From UHGV virus genome UHGV-0186582: a DNA stretch of 39,992 nucleotides, one strand, 5' to 3'. The notes below the pieces were generated by a model. It was given only the letters and a program-made list of their open reading frames with translations, made no database searches and was not told the origin of the DNA. Made by a program: the position numbers and the translations under genes. This document shows positions 35,447-39,992 of this stretch, one piece after another (position 1 is the stretch's first letter; each line of letters starts with the position of its first letter). This stretch comes from a virus.

Positions 35447-35880
35447 AACAAATATCACTAATTGAGATGGATGGTTTTCTGAAAGGTAAATGCATCCCAC
35501 GAGATTTAAAGGTTAACGAAACAAATGCTGAATATCTGGTGCGTAAATTTGCTGAAGCTGAGGCCAAGTGCGCGGCACTGGCGGTGGAGAATGCGGGAAT
35601 AAAGTCTGCAATTCCTCAACTACGGGATATTGATGCTGACAATGACAATATGGATGACGTATCTCTTGCTGAAGACTTCGGATTCAATCATGCAATAGAA
35701 CGGATGAGGAGACAGATACCTGAAACCCCAGCCACCGATGCTTTTCTGGCTGAAGTACGGGCGCAGGGCGTGGAGATGGCTATGGAGCATATGCAGTCGA
35801 GCGGTTCGTTAACATTTGGAGATTGCTACATATCACTTAACGAGTTCGCCGCCCAGCTTCGTAAAGGAGGCAACCAGTGA
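35443..35880 (+). CDS. Hypothetical protein
   Basis: ATG 35443 overlaps upstream stop (ATGA). Confidence 0.45.
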   Translation: MKQISLIEMDGFLKGKCIPRDLKVNETNAEYLVRKFAEAEAKCAALAVENAGIKSAIPQLRDIDADNDNMDDVSLAEDFGFNHAIERMRRQIPETPATDAFLAEVRAQGVEMAMEHMQSSGSLTFGDCYISLNEFAAQLRKGGNQ

Positions 35881-36422
35881 GTGTAACGGTTGAAAAGATT
35901 GATGTGTTGTCATTCGTTATAACCGGTGCAGAGCGACTAGATCCGGTTCGAGTGATGATTGAAAACTACGAACCTGGTAAGGGAAGAATCACCATCACCT
36001 GCTACGGAAAAGCGTGGACTGCGGCTTGGTTTGCTATGGGCGGTGATGATGTGCAGACGTTCATTAAGCGGGTCAGCAACGAGTATCTAATCGGCTATTT
36101 CGACCCTCAACTGCGAAGCACGGTCGACGATGACAACGATGCAAATCTGCTTTTCGTGAAGTCAGAAATCATAAAGTTACGAAGAGAGAGAGAAATCGAC
36201 GCGGTACAGGCTCGCGAAATGTGGGACGAGGCGGAAAACGCCGATGACGTAAAAGAAAGCTGCTGTTGTTTCGGTGTCGGTAACAAACTGCTGAATCTCT
36301 TTGGTGATGATCCGTGGTATGCAGACTGGCCAACGGCACCAAACCCGAAATACCAGTATCTGGAACGCGTACTTAATGCAGTGAGAGACGGTCTTAAGCA
36401 AATAGAGAAGGTGGAACTATGA
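35877..36422 (+). CDS. Hypothetical protein
   Basis: 181 aa, GTG start overlapping upstream stop. Confidence 0.45.
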   Translation: MSVTVEKIDVLSFVITGAERLDPVRVMIENYEPGKGRITITCYGKAWTAAWFAMGGDDVQTFIKRVSNEYLIGYFDPQLRSTVDDDNDANLLFVKSEIIKLRREREIDAVQAREMWDEAENADDVKESCCCFGVGNKLLNLFGDDPWYADWPTAPNPKYQYLERVLNAVRDGLKQIEKVEL

Positions 36423-36718
36423 CTGTATGTCTTATTGATAAACGTCGACGTGGGCAACAAATACCATCTGTTGAAATGCCGAATCACACATGGTTTTGCG
36501 TACTTGATATCGATGGTATGGATACGTTGGTTGACACTCGTCATTACTGCGATACCGCAACAGCTACTCCGGCGAAAGCAAAGAAAATGGCTGCTCTGAT
36601 AGAAAACTGGACTCCACCTGATGGTTGGTGCAATGGGAATGATCGGGATTGGCACGAAAAAATGAAGGGCTATATCTGCGATTTTTTACGTAAATGCAAC
36701 GGATTCAGGGTGATGTGA
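36419..36718 (+). CDS. Hypothetical Cys-rich protein
   Basis: 99 aa, ATGA overlap. Confidence 0.4.
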   Translation: MTVCLIDKRRRGQQIPSVEMPNHTWFCVLDIDGMDTLVDTRHYCDTATATPAKAKKMAALIENWTPPDGWCNGNDRDWHEKMKGYICDFLRKCNGFRVM

Positions 36719-36719
36719 C

Positions 36720-37319
36720 ATGAGCAAGATTGACTATCAGGCACTGCGTGAGGCGGCGCAGAACGCGAAAGATTTAGGTGGGATTAAGAATTACAAGCGA
36801 GGCGAGCAAGCTGTTGCCGAATTTGAGTCCTTGATAACGCCACACATTGTGCTGGCGCTTCTGGATGAACGGGAAAGGAACCAGCAATACATCAAATCAC
36901 GCGACCAGGAGAACGAGGATATTGCGCTTACGGTTGGGAGGCTGCGCGTTAAGCTGGAAGGCAAAGACAGCAAAATAGCCAATCTTACCGCCGAACGCGA
37001 TGCTCTTCGTGAAGGTGAGATGGGCGACGCTAGGCATAGCAACACACGGGCCGCAGCTGATATCTACTTCCAACTGGTCGAGGAGTGCGAAATTCCTGCT
37101 GGCGGATCTCTGGTCGAGTACGTTGACGATATGCGCGAGAAGCTGGAAGCCGCAGAGAAGCGAATCGCTGAACTGGAAGCGAAGCTCGATAGCGCAGATA
37201 AATTGCAAGATAGCGCATTTCGTCATGGTCTTCAGCATGGCTTCAGTTTAGGTCAAACGGATAATCAGGCTGGATTTGAAGAGTGCTTATCTGCCTATGG
37301 CACCGGTAAAGGAGAGTGA
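36720..37319 (+). CDS. Ead/Ea22-like coiled-coil protein
   Basis: 199 aa with heptad-like central region; family recalled from lambdoid ea regions. Confidence 0.45.
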   Translation: MSKIDYQALREAAQNAKDLGGIKNYKRGEQAVAEFESLITPHIVLALLDERERNQQYIKSRDQENEDIALTVGRLRVKLEGKDSKIANLTAERDALREGEMGDARHSNTRAAADIYFQLVEECEIPAGGSLVEYVDDMREKLEAAEKRIAELEAKLDSADKLQDSAFRHGLQHGFSLGQTDNQAGFEECLSAYGTGKGE

Positions 37320-37594
37320 ATGTGAAAAATTATCTCAGCAATTTAGCCAGCATGCTTCAGGGGATTGCAGGTGTCATTTCAGACGGCGAGCGGGTGCAGA
37401 AAGAGTGCCCTGCGCACTTAAAGTCAGCACTACTCGAGGCTTCTCACGCGCTAGATGGTCAATCGGTCAGGGTCAATTATCCGCCTAATGGAAAGCCTGA
37501 AATTGTTAATGCCCGCGGACACCATCGACCGCTTACCTTCCGGGAACGAGTGGCAATCCGCTTACTTGGTGGCAGGACGGAGATTCGCCCATGA
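37316..37594 (+). CDS. Hypothetical protein
   Basis: 92 aa, GTG start with AGGAG RBS. Confidence 0.4.
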   Translation: MNVKNYLSNLASMLQGIAGVISDGERVQKECPAHLKSALLEASHALDGQSVRVNYPPNGKPEIVNARGHHRPLTFRERVAIRLLGGRTEIRP

Positions 37595-38418
37595 GCACTA
37601 TTACCAGAGAACTGGCAAAGCTGTTCAGAAAAATTACGAATTCTGAAATTGATGCGGAGGGTAACGCTCATGTTGTTTTATCTCCTGCTGATAGCCTCCT
37701 GATTAATAATGCGCGTATCGCGCTGGCATCGCTCGAAGCGGAGCCTGTGGCGTGGGCGCACAGATTAATCAACAAGCGTAACGGAGTCGTTCACCCTTGG
37801 GTTTACGGTAGCGCAGAGGCGTGTCCAAGCGAGGGGGATATCTTCAATATTGAGGTAATGCCGCTTTACACCGCCCCGCCAGCGCCGGTATCTGTGCCCG
37901 CTGCGATGGAAATTGATGATGACTTTGACAGCGCGTTTGAACACGGAAAAGCTGTCGGCTGGAACGCCTATCGCGCCGCCATGCTTCAGGCCGAACCTGC
38001 AAGTAATCATGAAGAGTTGCCGCTTGATTATCTCCAAGGTCAAAAAGATGGTCTTGAATGGGCTGCGCAGCTTGCAGAAGCAAATCACCCACAAACTGGC
38101 GACTGGCTTTACGATGACCCGCTGGAGCTGGCTAAAGCTATCAGAAAAGGTCCTGACATGCCCGAATTCGATGGACCAACTCCGGTAACTCCGGATGGTT
38201 GGATAAGCTGTAGTGAGCGAATGCCAGAAATGGGCCAGAACGTGCTTATTTCGGTGAATTTCGATAGCTCTCTGGTTGAACCGCTAATATGCTCCGCACG
38301 CTATACCGGAAGCACATTTCGGCGCGGAGATGCAACGATTAAGCCGGGTAATGGTATTGAGCAAGCAACTCACTGGATGCCGCTACCGGAACCGCCGCAG
38401 GAGGTAAACCGTGGCTAA
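37591..38418 (+). CDS. DUF551-domain protein
   Basis: C-terminal ...ATHWMPLPEPP motif typical of DUF551. Confidence 0.5.
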   Translation: MSTITRELAKLFRKITNSEIDAEGNAHVVLSPADSLLINNARIALASLEAEPVAWAHRLINKRNGVVHPWVYGSAEACPSEGDIFNIEVMPLYTAPPAPVSVPAAMEIDDDFDSAFEHGKAVGWNAYRAAMLQAEPASNHEELPLDYLQGQKDGLEWAAQLAEANHPQTGDWLYDDPLELAKAIRKGPDMPEFDGPTPVTPDGWISCSERMPEMGQNVLISVNFDSSLVEPLICSARYTGSTFRRGDATIKPGNGIEQATHWMPLPEPPQEVNRG

Positions 38419-38518
38419 CCTGCAACTTGCCGTTAAAGGTGAATAACAATCCTCGCATTCGCGGGGATTTCTTTTATCTGAACTCGCTACGGCGGGTTTT
38501 GTTTTATGGAGATGATAA

Positions 38519-38686
38519 ATGCACTTTCGAGTCACAGGTGAATGGAATGGAGAACCATTCAACAGGGTTATCGAAGCAGAGGACTTCAACGACTGCTATG
38601 ACCACTGGATGATATGGGCGCAGATAGCGCATGCAGACGTAACCAATATTCGAATTGAAGAACTGAAAGAACACAAAACCGCCTGA
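38519..38686 (+). CDS. Hypothetical small protein (55 aa)
   Basis: ATG with GGAG RBS; below ORF-track cutoff. Confidence 0.3.
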   Translation: MHFRVTGEWNGEPFNRVIEAEDFNDCYDHWMIWAQIAHADVTNIRIEELKEHKTA

Positions 38687-38698
38687 TGGCGGTTTTTT
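38675..38698. terminator. Symmetric (potentially bidirectional) rho-independent terminator before xis
   Basis: AAAACCGCC-TGAT-GGCGGTTTTTT. Confidence 0.5.
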
Positions 38699-38725
38699 CT
38701 TGCGTGTAATTGCGGAGACTTTGCG

Positions 38726-38944
38726 ATGTACTTGACACTTCAGGAGTGGAACGCACGCCAGCGGCGCCCAAGAAGCCTTGAAACAGTGCGTCGATGGGTA
38801 CGCGAATGCAGGATATTCCCTCCTCCGGTTAAGGATGGAAGAGAGTATCTGTTCCACGAATCAGCGGTAAAGGTTGACTTAAATCGACCAGTAACAGGTA
38901 GCCTTTTGAAGAGGATCAGAAATGGGAAGAAGGCGAAGTCATGA
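38726..38944 (+). CDS. xis: Excisionase Xis (lambda type)
   Basis: 72 aa MYLTLQEWNARQRRPRSLETVRRWVRECRIFPPPVKDGREYLFHESAVKVDL... matches recalled lambda Xis. Confidence 0.9.
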   Translation: MYLTLQEWNARQRRPRSLETVRRWVRECRIFPPPVKDGREYLFHESAVKVDLNRPVTGSLLKRIRNGKKAKS

Positions 38945-39992
38945 GCGCCGGGATTTACCCCCTAACCTTTATATAAGAAACAATGGATATTACTGCTACA
39001 GGGACCCAAGGACGGGTAAAGAGTTCGGATTAGGCAGAGACAGGAGGATAGCAATTACTGAAGCAATACAGGCAAACATTGAGTTATTTTCAGGACACAA
39101 ACACAAGCCTCTGACAGCGAGAATCAACAGTGATAATTCCGTTACGTTACATTCATGGCTTGATCGCTACGAAAAAATCCTCGCCAGCAGAGGAATCAAG
39201 CAGAAGACACTCATAAATTACATGAGCAAAATTAAAGCAATAAGGAGGGGGCTGCCTGATGCTCCACTTGAAGACATCACCACAAAAGAAATTGCGGCAA
39301 TGCTCAATGGATACATAGACGAGGGCAAGGCGGCATCAGCCAAGTTAATCAGATCAACACTGAGCGATGCATTCCGAGAGGCAATAGCTGAAGGCCATAT
39401 AACAACAAACCCTGTCGCTGCCACTCGCGCAGCAAAATCAGAGGTAAGGAGATCAAGACTTACGGCTGACGAATACCTGAAAATTTATCAAGCAGCAGAA
39501 TCATCACCATGTTGGCTCAGACTTGCAATGGAACTGGCTGTTGTTACCGGGCAACGAGTTGGTGATTTATGCGAAATGAAGTGGTCTGATATCGTAGATG
39601 GATATCTTTATGTCGAGCAAAGCAAAACAGGCGTAAAAATTGCCATCCCTACAACATTGCATGTTGATGCTCTCGGGATATCAATGAAGGAAACACTTGA
39701 TAAATGCAAAGAGATTCTTGGCGGAGAAACCATAATTGCATCTACTCGTCGTGAACCGCTTTCATCCGGCACAGTATCAAGGTATTTTATGCGCGCACGA
39801 AAAGCATCAGGTCTTTCCTTCGAAGGGGATCCGCCTACCTTTCACGAGTTGCGCAGTTTGTCTGCAAGACTCTATGAGAAGCAGATAAGCGATAAGTTTG
39901 CTCAACATCTTCTCGGGCATAAGTCGGACACCATGGCATCACAGTATCGTGATGACAGAGGCAGGGAGTGGGACAAAATTGAAATCAAATAA
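38922..39992 (+). CDS. int: Tyrosine integrase Int (lambda type)
   Basis: 356 aa, near-identical to recalled lambda Int, C-terminal catalytic region with HELRSL...HLLGH...Y. Confidence 0.95.
   Translation: MGRRRSHERRDLPPNLYIRNNGYYCYRDPRTGKEFGLGRDRRIAITEAIQANIELFSGHKHKPLTARINSDNSVTLHSWLDRYEKILASRGIKQKTLINYMSKIKAIRRGLPDAPLEDITTKEIAAMLNGYIDEGKAASAKLIRSTLSDAFREAIAEGHITTNPVAATRAAKSEVRRSRLTADEYLKIYQAAESSPCWLRLAMELAVVTGQRVGDLCEMKWSDIVDGYLYVEQSKTGVKIAIPTTLHVDALGISMKETLDKCKEILGGETIIASTRREPLSSGTVSRYFMRARKASGLSFEGDPPTFHELRSLSARLYEKQISDKFAQHLLGHKSDTMASQYRDDRGREWDKIEIK

Larger units (their letters stand above)
1..39992. mobile_element. Mosaic lambdoid prophage, interior portion (lambda-type int/xis/lysis, P22-type immunity, Mu-like contractile tail); both ends lie outside the window
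   Basis: Continuous phage gene order tail-head-terminase-lysis-Q-nin-replication-immunity-recombination-xis-int; no host housekeeping genes seen. Confidence 0.9.

Noticed and set aside
1-39992. CRISPR arrays, rRNA genes, IS elements or transposase genes
   Set aside because: No regularly spaced direct repeats with unique spacers, no rRNA-like conserved stretches, and no transposase-like ORFs or terminal inverted repeats found; the only mobility genes are int/xis and the HNH endonuclease.

Overview
The whole window is the interior of one mosaic lambdoid prophage, read against the conventional lambda map; neither prophage end is inside it. From right to left: lambda-identical int/xis (38726-39992, +), a pL early-left operon (N-like antiterminator, cIII-like, Erf, SSB, ea/DUF genes), a P22-type immunity region (c2, cro, cII, tripartite operators), an iteron-bearing O-like initiator with a DnaC-like loader, ren and the nin region (ninB/E/F/H, rusA, plus an inserted Dam-like methyltransferase and an HNH endonuclease), Q-like gene, lambda S/R/Rz/Rz1 lysis cassette, Rha, terminase, head genes and a Mu-like contractile tail ending in tail fibre + tfa. 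The most interesting object is a low-GC two-gene cassette (4349-5339, -) with its own control region and terminator, inserted between baseplate genes: its second gene resembles the YafO toxin family and its ~190-aa upstream partner is unrecognised. Other points: a convergent second tfa fragment at the window start suggesting an invertible fibre segment, a -1 frameshift in the tail chaperone, a duplicated module in the pL operon, and identical nutL/nutR sites. All identifications are from reading the sequence and recalled protein families; no database search was run. No rRNA, tRNA, CRISPR array or IS element was seen.
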